Part shown: positions 24,556-32,584 of the stretch, in pieces
How the letters are laid out: each line of letters starts with the position of its first letter
Numbering within the stretch: position 1 is the first letter of the stretch
NCBI GenBank assembly: GCA_964457405.1
Contig: CAYWEP010000002.1
Location: 1 to 48,094, forward strand
Source: an uncultured Gammaproteobacteria bacterium
Lineage (GTDB): Bacteria; Patescibacteriota; Microgenomatia; Levybacterales; UBA12049
Reading direction: 5' to 3'
Length of the DNA stretch: 48,094 nucleotides
Translations under genes and position numbers: made by a program
The notes under the pieces: model-generated
Seen by the model: the letters and a program-made list of their open reading frames with translations, nothing else
Databases searched by the model: none
What the model was told of the DNA's origin: nothing

Positions 24556-25584
24556 TCATTTCGGAAGCGTGATCGAGTTATAAAAATCCGATAAGTTGGC
24601 GATAAGGTGCGTGTCTGATGACTGCAACGCGAGTTCCGCTGTACGCATAATAACTCCTTTTGACGAAAAGTTATGCGAGCCAAGCAGAGCAATTGCGCGA
24701 TCGACCAATAATATCTTTGCGTGCACAGGATTCTGCTCGTAATAGATAGTAAAATGGGTGTTTCGCAACCTCATTTGTATTTGGCTCATTTTATTCACGA
24801 TTCTGTAGACTCCAATGGTTCTGCCTGGTGGCGGGACTGCCAGCTCTATGCGTACGCCTCGGTTTTCTGCGTTAACCAACGCGTCCAAAAATACGCTATC
24901 TGGGATAAACGCAGTTGCGATTTGAACCAAATGGTCGGCTTTTTCAACCATCCTGACTGCACAATCAAGAATTACTGATTTGCCTGTCTGACCGCTGTCA
25001 ATAAAGAGCGTTGCGTTGTGTCTGGCTCGTAGTGTCTCATCATATCGCAGCGTCCCTTCGTGTACTTTCATAAAGACTTTGGCAATCGGTTCAACGATAG
25101 CATCATCTTTGATCTTTACCATTATATCCTGTCGTTTGAAGTAGCCGTCTGCAAAATTCACGCCACCGATCCAGGCAATATCGTCAATGATGAAAATTTT
25201 CATGTGGTTACGCCCCATCGTGTAGATGAATTTTTCAAGGAGCGTTGGTTTATTCACAAAAGCAACTTTACCTCCTTTATCTTTAATCTTTTGAAATGCT
25301 TCTTTCCTGATCCGGAGCCGCTTTCTCCACTTTCTCGATACAATAATAGGAAGAAAGTTAGGAACGCCATCGGTAACCATGAGCGAGTAATAATCGACAT
25401 TCATTCGCGCATCAAGACCGTTCTCGGCAGCATTTTCAACGATAGTAAGCAAACGACCAACTACTTCACCCGGCTCAACCTCCATTGCCTGCGCCCAAAT
25501 CCGTTTTTTTGCAAATTTTGCTTCTTGTTCTATGTCTGTAAGAAACTCCATTGGAGAAAGGACGTCAAAATGTTTTGCAGGCAT
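24556..25584 (-). CDS. Phospholipase D superfamily protein with two HKD motifs (cardiolipin/phosphatidylserine synthase-like)
   Basis: The motifs are HMKIFIIDDIAWIGGVNF and HAKILLVDRAIALLGSHNFS, each H-x-K-x4-D-x6-G-[GS]-x-N. I see no hydrophobic N-terminal segment. Confidence 0.75.
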   Translation of the reverse strand: MPAKHFDVLSPMEFLTDIEQEAKFAKKRIWAQAMEVEPGEVVGRLLTIVENAAENGLDARMNVDYYSLMVTDGVPNFLPIIVSRKWRKRLRIRKEAFQKIKDKGGKVAFVNKPTLLEKFIYTMGRNHMKIFIIDDIAWIGGVNFADGYFKRQDIMVKIKDDAIVEPIAKVFMKVHEGTLRYDETLRARHNATLFIDSGQTGKSVILDCAVRMVEKADHLVQIATAFIPDSVFLDALVNAENRGVRIELAVPPPGRTIGVYRIVNKMSQIQMRLRNTHFTIYYEQNPVHAKILLVDRAIALLGSHNFSSKGVIMRTAELALQSSDTHLIANLSDFYNSITLPK

Positions 25585-25651
25585 AATATTTGATTATACA
25601 GGAAGATTATCGACAATTTTCAGTCAAATCTAAATGTTTAAAATATTAAAA

Positions 25652-25665
25652 ATTGAATATTCAAT
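25652..25665. promoter_or_regulatory. Perfect 14-bp palindrome ATTGAATATTCAAT about 70 nt upstream of the PLD-led minus-strand gene string
   Basis: Read directly from the sequence. The position fits an operator, but the site sits inside an AT-rich satellite and its spacing (TTGA-N4-TCAA) does not match the Fnr or Crp consensus. Confidence 0.2.
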
Positions 25666-25713
25666 GAAAATTGAGAATTTAAAATTTTAAATTTATTTGA
25701 GGCTCGTTAAAAT

Positions 25714-26940
25714 TCAGAATGACATGAAGCTAAGAATGCGACCGAAACCAGGCTTAACAAGTACTTCCCCATCTTCAAAGACTTTCTTGCCACGCAAGAA
25801 AACTCGCAACACTTTCCCTTTTACTTTCCATCCATCAAACGGCGACCATTTACATTTGGTTAGTAAGTTTTCGTTTTTGATCTCATACGATGCTTTCGGA
25901 TCAACCTCAATATATGTTGTTCGATTATTCGAATAATCGAAGGAAGATAAAAAAATTTTGGCGGGTCCAGTATGGCAGAGACGGATGACGTCATCGATGG
26001 TTAGTCTGTTTTCGGAAACGGCGGTTAGCAATAAGGATAGCGTTGTTTCAAGGCCAGGGACACCAAATGGCGGGTTATCGGCTTGTTTCTCCTCCAACGT
26101 ATGCGGAGCATGATCTGATTCAACCAAGTCGATCGCATCGAGGTGTTTCCAGAGAAAATCCACATCTTTTTTACCTCGCAACGGAGGCCTCATCATACCA
26201 AGATTTTTTAAATGATTTAAATCATTTTCTGTAAGAAACAAATGGTGTGGGGTCATACCGCAGGTTACAGGCAAACCGCTGTTTTTCGCTTTAATAATGC
26301 GTTCCAGTTCATATTTTCTGCTCATGTGGCAAAGGTGTAGCTTTCTCGGGTATTTTCTGAGAACCTCCAAAACATCGTCAAATGTTTGTTCCTCAGCATG
26401 GACAAGGATAGGAAGCTCCGAAGGCCACTCGGCAAAGATTTTCTCAAGATACGATTTATCAAGCAAAAAATTGCCTGTTGTGTGGTTTAGATAAAGTTTT
26501 AAACCAAAGACCGGAAAGTTGTCATCCTGGCCCTTCGGTCCTGAGCTCAAGGTCGAAGGACTTGTCCAGGATCTCTTACGCTGAGAGATTCTGGAGTCCT
26601 CCACGCTTCGCCCTATACCAGACGGTACGGGGCTTCGCTCTGAGTCCCCAGAATGACGTGGTTGTATTTTAAATTTCTCAAATTCATCCAGATTATCCCC
26701 CACTGAGCCAAAGTGAAATCCAACATCGCAAACTATTTTCTCTCTGGCAATCTGCATCTTCTCATTTAATCGCTCAAGAGTCGTAATCGGGGTGGGATTA
26801 TTGGGCATGTCAATGACTGTAGTATATCCTCCAGCAAGTGCAGCGGATGTGCCGGTAAAAAAATCTTCTTTGTCAGTCTGTCCAGGATCTCTGAGGTGGA
26901 CGTGAGGATCAATGAGGCCGGGTAAAATCTGCTTCGACAT
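25714..26940 (-). CDS. pyrC: Dihydroorotase with a roughly 50-aa in-frame insertion
   Basis: LPGLIDPHVHLRDPG, GGYTTVIDMPN, HAEE and ESDHAPH. The ATG at 26940 is preferred over the TTG at 26964. Confidence 0.8.
   Translation of the reverse strand: MSKQILPGLIDPHVHLRDPGQTDKEDFFTGTSAALAGGYTTVIDMPNNPTPITTLERLNEKMQIAREKIVCDVGFHFGSVGDNLDEFEKFKIQPRHSGDSERSPVPSGIGRSVEDSRISQRKRSWTSPSTLSSGPKGQDDNFPVFGLKLYLNHTTGNFLLDKSYLEKIFAEWPSELPILVHAEEQTFDDVLEVLRKYPRKLHLCHMSRKYELERIIKAKNSGLPVTCGMTPHHLFLTENDLNHLKNLGMMRPPLRGKKDVDFLWKHLDAIDLVESDHAPHTLEEKQADNPPFGVPGLETTLSLLLTAVSENRLTIDDVIRLCHTGPAKIFLSSFDYSNNRTTYIEVDPKASYEIKNENLLTKCKWSPFDGWKVKGKVLRVFLRGKKVFEDGEVLVKPGFGRILSFMSF
26521..26657. repeat. 137-bp GC-rich MITE-like element with 10-bp terminal inverted repeats (GTCATCCTGG ... 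CCAGAATGAC) inside pyrC
   Basis: The TIRs match at 9 of 10 positions. There are internal palindromes. It encodes ..PRHSGDSERSPVPSGIGRSVEDSRISQRKRSWTSPSTLSSGPKGQDD.. between conserved DHOase blocks. Confidence 0.65.
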
Positions 26941-26945
26941 ATTTT

Positions 26946-29900
26946 TTAGATATATTCCTCCCAAGATTTTATCAGGAGGTCGTCAAGGGATTTTTGGGCA
27001 ATGGCTTTTATGAAAAGCTCGGCTTTATTGAGATTGGTATAAAGCTGGATATTATGATCAACAGCTGCGCGGCGGATCGCATAGTCATCATCAATATGGC
27101 GTTTGATGTGCGGATCGGCGATATTGATGGCAAGGTCAATTTTGCCATTTTGGAAGTAGTCAAGCACATTTGGTGAAGCATGCTCATGGAGCTTGTAGAG
27201 AGGTTTTGCCGATACTTCCTGACTATTGAGGAATTTGGCTGTTTTTTCTGTAGCGTAAATAGGAAGGTGAAGTTTGGCAAGTTGTTTGGCATGTGGCAGA
27301 AAATCAGCTTTATTTCCCTCACCACCGAGCGAGAGGAATATGCCTAGTTTTGGTATTTTGCCGCCGACTGACAGCTCTCCTTTGAGAAATGCTTCCTCAA
27401 CATCCTCGCCAAAGCAGGCAACTTCGCCGGTTGATGCCATTTCGACTCGTAAAATAGGATCTGCGCCGGTGATGCGTTGGAAAGAAAATTGTGGCACTTT
27501 TACGGCGACAAATGGCAAGGGTCGGACGGATTGGGTTGGAGTTTTCTTGTTAAAAAATCCGTCAACCGCAAGCGATATAAAATCCACACCCATCACTTTG
27601 GATATAAAAGGGAATGTACGGGAGGCCCGAAGGTTAATCTCAATAACAGAAATCTTATTATCTTTTGCCAGAAATTGGATATTGAATGGTCCGGTGATCG
27701 AAAGTGCTTTGGCCAGTTTCTTTGCGACATGCTCGATTGCCTGTTTGGTCTGCACGTATACTTTCTGTGCAGGCAATACAATCGTCGCATCGCCTGAATG
27801 CACTCCGGCATTTTCCACATGCTCTGATATGACGAGAGCCTTGATTTCACCTTTGTTGGCGACCGCATCAAGCTCTATCTCCTTGGCATCTTCTATGAAT
27901 TTGGAAACGGTTATCGGATATTCGGATGAGACAAGCGTTGCTTGCGTGATATACCGTGTCAGCTCTTCCTCGTCGCGGCAGATGCGCATATACGTTCCTG
28001 AGAGGACATAGGAAGGGCGGATCAGGACAGGGTAGTCGACCCGGTCACAGAATTTCCTAAGTTTTGCAAAATCCGAAAACGTATCCCACTGAGGCTGGTC
28101 AACGCCAAGCATATCAAGCAGCTTTGAAAACTTATTCCTATCTTCTGCCTTATCAATATCTGAGGGATTTGTACCCAGAATTATGCATCCGTATGCGTGT
28201 AAGGACTTCGCCCTGTTGTTGGGCGTTTGTCCGCCGACTGAAATAATAACGCCATAAGGATTTTCAAAATCATAAATATCCGCTATCCGTTCAAACGTCA
28301 GTTCTTCAAAATACAGCCGGTCTGAGACATCATAGTCTGTTGAGACTGTCTCAGGATTGCAATTGATCATTACAGACTGTTTCCTATGATTCTTCAGCGC
28401 GAGTGCAGTGTTGACAGTTGTCCAGTCAAACTCGACAGATGAGCCGATCCTATACGGGCCAGAGCCTAGCACCAATACCCCGTCTTTCCCAAGTGGCGCA
28501 AGATCGTTGTGGGATCCGTTGTATGTGACATACAAATAATTGGTTTTTGCCGGAAATTCTCCGGCCAGCGTGTCGATCTGAAAAATAGACGGCATTACTT
28601 TTAGTTTTTTGCGAAGCGCGCGGATCTCAAGCCCTGTTTTTCCCACAATCATGCCGATTCGCTTATCGGAAAAGCCAAGTTGTTTGAGCCCTAATACATT
28701 TTCTTTCGTTAGCGATTTTGTTTTTGCCAGCTTTTTTTCTTCATCAACGATATTTTTTATTCTATATAGAAACCATGGATCTATGCCTGTGAGTTTGTAT
28801 ACTTCATCAACCGAGATATTCTCATAAAACGCTTTTGCGATAGCGAACATACGATGGGATGTTGGCTTTGCGACCATAGCTTTTGTATCCTGCTCATTTG
28901 AGTCGCCCAGCATTTTTTCATTGACCGCGCCCTCAAATTCCAAATCAAGCATGCGAATTGCTTTCTGGTACGCTTCTTCAAATGTCCGTCCAATTCCCAT
29001 AACCTCGCCCACAGATTTCATGCTGCTGCCGATGACGTCTTCCGCGTTATGGAATTTGTTAATGTCCCAGCGCGGAATTTTCACCGTCACATAGTCAAGT
29101 GCGGGTTCAAAGCAAAACTGCGTGGCTTTGGTGACTTTGTTCTGAAGCTCTGTGAGATTCTTGCCGAGAGCGAGTTTGGCCGCGACATAGGCAAGCGGAT
29201 AACCAGTGGCTTTACTGGCGAGGGCGGAGCTTCGGGATAATCTCGCATTTAGCTCAATAACGTAATAATCTAAAGCACGAATATCGAAATCCGAAGTCCG
29301 AAACAAATTCGAATTCTCAAAATTCGAAGGTTCATAAGGTTTCTTGTTTTGGTCATTTGCATTTTGATATTGTTTCGTATTTCGAAATTCGGATTTCGGA
29401 TTTGCCCGCCCGCCATCGCTACGCTCTGGCGTTAGCGGGCGGGGATTAAGGGCGAATTGAACATTACATTCTCCAACTATCTTTAAGCTTCTAACTATCT
29501 TGATAGCAATACTTCGTAAGGTGTGGTACTCAAAGTTGGTCAGCGTCTGGCTTGGTGCGATGACGATTGATTCTCCAGTATGGATGCCAAGTGGATCCAT
29601 GTTTTCCATATTGCAGACAGTGATACAATTATCATCTTTGTCGCGAACCACTTCATACTCAACTTCTTTGTAGTGGTGTAAGTATTTTTCTACTAACACT
29701 TGTGGGACAAAAGAGAATGCTCGTTCAGTAATTTTTCTAAGTGTTTTTTCGTTTTGCGCAATGCCTGATCCCTGGCCGCCTAAGGCAAATCCCGAGCGGA
29801 CCATGACTGGGTATCCCATATCCTCTGCGATTTTGAGCGCTTGTTTTGTGTTTTTCGCAGCGTGGCTTGGCGGCGTGGCTACGCTGATGATCGCCAGATG

Positions 29901-30293
29901 ATCGGCGAATTTCTGCCTGTCTTCTGTCAAGTCGATTGTTTCAACAGGCGTTCCCAAAACCGCAATAGTGTGACGTTTGAGAATATTCTTTCTGTACAAT
30001 TCCAGTCCGCAGTTGAGCGCCGTCTGGCCGCCAAAGGAAAGCAAAATCCCATCTGGTTTTTCTTTCTCTATGATTTTTTCAACAAAATGTGCGTTGACCG
30101 GCAGAAAATATACTGTATCTGCCAGGAATTTCGATGTCTGGATTGTCGCGATATTAGGATTTACCAGTACCGTCTTAATTCCTTCTTCTTTGAGGGCTTT
30201 TATGGCTTGGGACCCGGAGTAATCGAATTCACCAGCCTCTCCGATCTTCAGAGCGCCGCTCCCTAAGACGAGCACCTTTCTGAATTTTTTCAT
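26946..30293 (-). CDS. carB: Carbamoyl-phosphate synthase large subunit with a roughly 50-aa in-frame insertion
   Basis: KVLVLGSGALKIGEAGEFDYSGSQA, two ATP-grasp halves, ELNARLSRSSALASKATGYPLA and a C-terminal MGS-like domain. The protein is 1115 aa. Confidence 0.95.
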   Translation of the reverse strand: MKKFRKVLVLGSGALKIGEAGEFDYSGSQAIKALKEEGIKTVLVNPNIATIQTSKFLADTVYFLPVNAHFVEKIIEKEKPDGILLSFGGQTALNCGLELYRKNILKRHTIAVLGTPVETIDLTEDRQKFADHLAIISVATPPSHAAKNTKQALKIAEDMGYPVMVRSGFALGGQGSGIAQNEKTLRKITERAFSFVPQVLVEKYLHHYKEVEYEVVRDKDDNCITVCNMENMDPLGIHTGESIVIAPSQTLTNFEYHTLRSIAIKIVRSLKIVGECNVQFALNPRPLTPERSDGGRANPKSEFRNTKQYQNANDQNKKPYEPSNFENSNLFRTSDFDIRALDYYVIELNARLSRSSALASKATGYPLAYVAAKLALGKNLTELQNKVTKATQFCFEPALDYVTVKIPRWDINKFHNAEDVIGSSMKSVGEVMGIGRTFEEAYQKAIRMLDLEFEGAVNEKMLGDSNEQDTKAMVAKPTSHRMFAIAKAFYENISVDEVYKLTGIDPWFLYRIKNIVDEEKKLAKTKSLTKENVLGLKQLGFSDKRIGMIVGKTGLEIRALRKKLKVMPSIFQIDTLAGEFPAKTNYLYVTYNGSHNDLAPLGKDGVLVLGSGPYRIGSSVEFDWTTVNTALALKNHRKQSVMINCNPETVSTDYDVSDRLYFEELTFERIADIYDFENPYGVIISVGGQTPNNRAKSLHAYGCIILGTNPSDIDKAEDRNKFSKLLDMLGVDQPQWDTFSDFAKLRKFCDRVDYPVLIRPSYVLSGTYMRICRDEEELTRYITQATLVSSEYPITVSKFIEDAKEIELDAVANKGEIKALVISEHVENAGVHSGDATIVLPAQKVYVQTKQAIEHVAKKLAKALSITGPFNIQFLAKDNKISVIEINLRASRTFPFISKVMGVDFISLAVDGFFNKKTPTQSVRPLPFVAVKVPQFSFQRITGADPILRVEMASTGEVACFGEDVEEAFLKGELSVGGKIPKLGIFLSLGGEGNKADFLPHAKQLAKLHLPIYATEKTAKFLNSQEVSAKPLYKLHEHASPNVLDYFQNGKIDLAINIADPHIKRHIDDDYAIRRAAVDHNIQLYTNLNKAELFIKAIAQKSLDDLLIKSWEEYI
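29271..29441. repeat. Repeat-derived in-frame insertion in carB: an AT-rich CGAAAT/TCGGATT satellite plus the GC hairpin GCCCGCCCGC...GCGGGCGGG
   Basis: Its 57 codons (RPLTPERSDGGRANPKSEF...TSDFDIRAL) replace the roughly 5-residue loop between QFA(L/V)NP and (Y)VIE(L/M)N seen in E. coli CarB ([24 protein letters not shown]). Confidence 0.7.
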
Positions 30294-30323
30294 AAGTAAC
30301 GTAAGTTACTTAGGTTACATAGG

Positions 30324-31460
30324 TTACCTAAGTTTTTCCAAGAAAAAGTCGAATATCCACTCAGTGTCTTGCGGCCCAGGCGTTGCTTCCGGGTGGAATT
30401 GGACCGACATGAAAGGTAATTTCGTGTGGATAATGCCTTCATTTGAACCGTCATTGGCATTTTGGAACCAGGTTTTAAATCCCGACGGGATTTCGTCTAC
30501 GGCAAAGCCGTGGTTTTGTGTTGTGATGAAGCATCTATTTGATCCGGCCATAAGGCAGGGTTGATTCTGGCTTCTGTGGCCGAATTTGAGTTTTTTTGTA
30601 TCTCCTCCTGCTGCAAGACTTAGGAGCTGGTGGCCAAGACAGATACCCAGAAGCGGAATCTTTGCATCAAGCGCTTTTTTGGTTGTTTTGATTGTGATAT
30701 CAGCATATTTTGGATCTCCCGGGCCGTTTGAGACGACAATACCGTCAAATTTTTTCACCTGGAAGGAGTCCATTCGGCCACCTTCCAGGTGGTTTGGCTT
30801 AACACCTACACCTTCTTTCAGGATTTCATTCAGTCTTTTTCCATCGGTGAAAGGGTCAAAATCCCACGGAACCATTAGGCCATTCACACCCCGATGTGTC
30901 AGGCAACGCAGCATATTTCGTTTGCCTCCGCAGTCGATGTAGATGACCGTTTTGCTCTTCTTTGGATCAGTTGTTTCACTGAGCAGAAGTGTTGGTTCTT
31001 TCACGCAGACCTTTGCGACGAGATTTTCCTTATTAGGATCGTAGAACGGAATATCCTTGTTAAAGACAATTTTTCCAAGTTTTGCGCCTTCATCCCGAAG
31101 CTTTTGTGTTAAAAATCGTGTATCTTTTATTTCAAGCGCCGGGATACTTTCGTCTCTGAGCCATTGAGCAAGTGTTCTCTTGCTTTGAAAATGGGATGGT
31201 GTATCGATATAGTTACTGACAATGAGGCCTGAGACTTTTATGCTATCTGATTCCCAGAATGTACTATCAGGAACGCCGTAGTTGCCTATGAGTGGATATG
31301 TGAGGATGAGGATTTGTCCTTGATACGAGGGGTCGGTAAGGCCTTCCGTATACCCAACCATGCCGGTTGAGAAAACTGCCTCCCCAGCCCTTGGGATCTC
31401 TGCCCCAAAGCTTTGCCCTTCAAAGACTGATCCATCCTCAAGGATGAGTTTGCCGATCAT
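30324..31460 (-). CDS. carA: Carbamoyl-phosphate synthase small (glutaminase) subunit
   Basis: MIGKLILEDGSVFEGQSFGA, GICLGHQLL (catalytic Cys) and VQFHPEA. Confidence 0.9.
   Translation of the reverse strand: MIGKLILEDGSVFEGQSFGAEIPRAGEAVFSTGMVGYTEGLTDPSYQGQILILTYPLIGNYGVPDSTFWESDSIKVSGLIVSNYIDTPSHFQSKRTLAQWLRDESIPALEIKDTRFLTQKLRDEGAKLGKIVFNKDIPFYDPNKENLVAKVCVKEPTLLLSETTDPKKSKTVIYIDCGGKRNMLRCLTHRGVNGLMVPWDFDPFTDGKRLNEILKEGVGVKPNHLEGGRMDSFQVKKFDGIVVSNGPGDPKYADITIKTTKKALDAKIPLLGICLGHQLLSLAAGGDTKKLKFGHRSQNQPCLMAGSNRCFITTQNHGFAVDEIPSGFKTWFQNANDGSNEGIIHTKLPFMSVQFHPEATPGPQDTEWIFDFFLEKLR
30756..30792. repeat. REP-like inverted repeat inside carA: CACCTGGAAGG (30756-30766) and CCTTCCAGGTG (30781-30791), including the hairpin CCACCT-TCC-AGGTGG
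   Basis: The two 11-mers are perfect reverse complements. The core CACCT-N3-AGGTG equals the RAYT-flanking hairpins. It encodes ..KPNHLEGGRMDSFQVKK.. in a loop about 23 aa longer than in E. coli or B. subtilis CarA. Confidence 0.6.
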
Positions 31461-31467
31461 AAAAATT

Positions 31468-31606
31468 AAGTCAAAAGTTAGAAGTCAAAACGCAAAAGTA
31501 TCCATTCGACAAGCTCAGGATCCTGAGTGTAATCGAAGGACAAGTTAAAATTCAAAACTTTTTACTTTTTAGTTGCAATTTTGACTTTTACCCTTTGACT
31601 TTTGAA
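31468..31606. repeat. Composite palindromic intergenic element: an AT-rich arm (AAGTCAAAAGTTAGAAGTCAAAACGCAAAAGTA), a GC-rich core (31502-31537) and an inverted AT-rich arm
   Basis: The arms are imperfect reverse complements. The core contains the 14-bp perfect palindrome CTCAGGATCCTGAG and matches the yebC insert. Confidence 0.65.
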
Positions 31607-31620
31607 TTTGCCGGAAGAAA

Positions 31621-32577
31621 TTACATCTTTCCGAGCACCAACGCCATTAAGGCCATGCGCATGTACTTGCCATTTCGTAACTGGTCTGTTAAATATATCG
31701 CCCGTGGGTCATCGTCAACTTCTGTCGTTATTTCGCCTACGCGAGGGAGCGGGTGCATAAGAACCATATCCTTGGTGCCGTATTTGCTCAGAAGTTCTGG
31801 AGTGACAATGAATGAGTGTTTTAGTTTTTCGTACTCCTCAAGGTTTGAGAATCGTTCTTTTTGCACCCTCGTCCAGTACCAGAACTGTGTGTCTTTGGGG
31901 ATATCTTGCTCGCTTGTAATTTCAATAAGTTTAATGCCTCTTTTTGAAAGATCAGCAAAATCCTGCCTTTGTAGTTTAAGTTTTTCAGGCGAGAGGAGAT
32001 AGACGGTGTTGTTTTTGTAATGTGATAAGCCTCTGATCAGCGAGTGTACGGTCCTTCCGTTGAGGATGTCTCCTGCCATGAGTGCGGTCAAGCTATCAAG
32101 CCTGCCGAATCGCTTGTTAAGCGTATAGAGATCCATGAGTGCTTGTGTCGGGTGCTCCCCTGTCCCGTCGCCTGCGTTTATGACCGGTACAAAAAAAGCA
32201 GCTTCCGCTGCTTTTCTGGGCGCTCCAATTTCTGGATGGCGGATGACAATCGCGTCGCAGTACGATTCAAATACCTTGATGGTGTCTGAGAGTGTCTCGC
32301 CTTTTGCGACAGACGAAACGCGAATCGGGTCCTGGACATCAATCGTCTGTCCGCCGAGTCGCTTTATTGCGCCAGAAAATGAGCCAAATGTCCTGCTTGA
32401 GGGCTCAAAAAAAAGCAGCGTTACGATGTTGCCTTTTAGGATATCAGATGGTTTGGCTTCTTTGGCTATGGGTGCAAGTATGTCAACGGTAGTAAAAAGA
32501 GCGGTGAGGCTTTGTGGGTCAAACTGATCTAAAGAAAGGATATCTTTTCCTTTAAAATCACTGCCAATTTTTTGCAT
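31621..32577 (-). CDS. pyrB: Aspartate carbamoyltransferase catalytic subunit
   Basis: FFEPSSRTFGSF, HPTQAL, LHPLPR and GKDILSLDQF. The ATG at 32577 is used. The track's TTG at 32634 is the first three bases of a TTGACA -35 box. Confidence 0.9.
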   Translation of the reverse strand: MQKIGSDFKGKDILSLDQFDPQSLTALFTTVDILAPIAKEAKPSDILKGNIVTLLFFEPSSRTFGSFSGAIKRLGGQTIDVQDPIRVSSVAKGETLSDTIKVFESYCDAIVIRHPEIGAPRKAAEAAFFVPVINAGDGTGEHPTQALMDLYTLNKRFGRLDSLTALMAGDILNGRTVHSLIRGLSHYKNNTVYLLSPEKLKLQRQDFADLSKRGIKLIEITSEQDIPKDTQFWYWTRVQKERFSNLEEYEKLKHSFIVTPELLSKYGTKDMVLMHPLPRVGEITTEVDDDPRAIYLTDQLRNGKYMRMALMALVLGKM

Positions 32578-32584
32578 AAAAAAT

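Noticed and set aside
16782-25584. A hidden acyl carrier protein gene inside the cluster.
   Set aside because: The gaps between the cluster genes are 71 nt or less. No ORF in the six-frame track within the cluster shows an ACP-like D-S-L phosphopantetheine site in a 70-90-aa acidic protein. Absence from this window does not prove absence from the genome.
30760-30860. Treating the carA, carB, pyrC, folD and gyrA inserts as frameshifts or pseudogene scars.
   Set aside because: All the reading frames stay open across the inserts, and the conserved motifs continue in frame on both sides. The genes therefore look intact, not pseudogenised.
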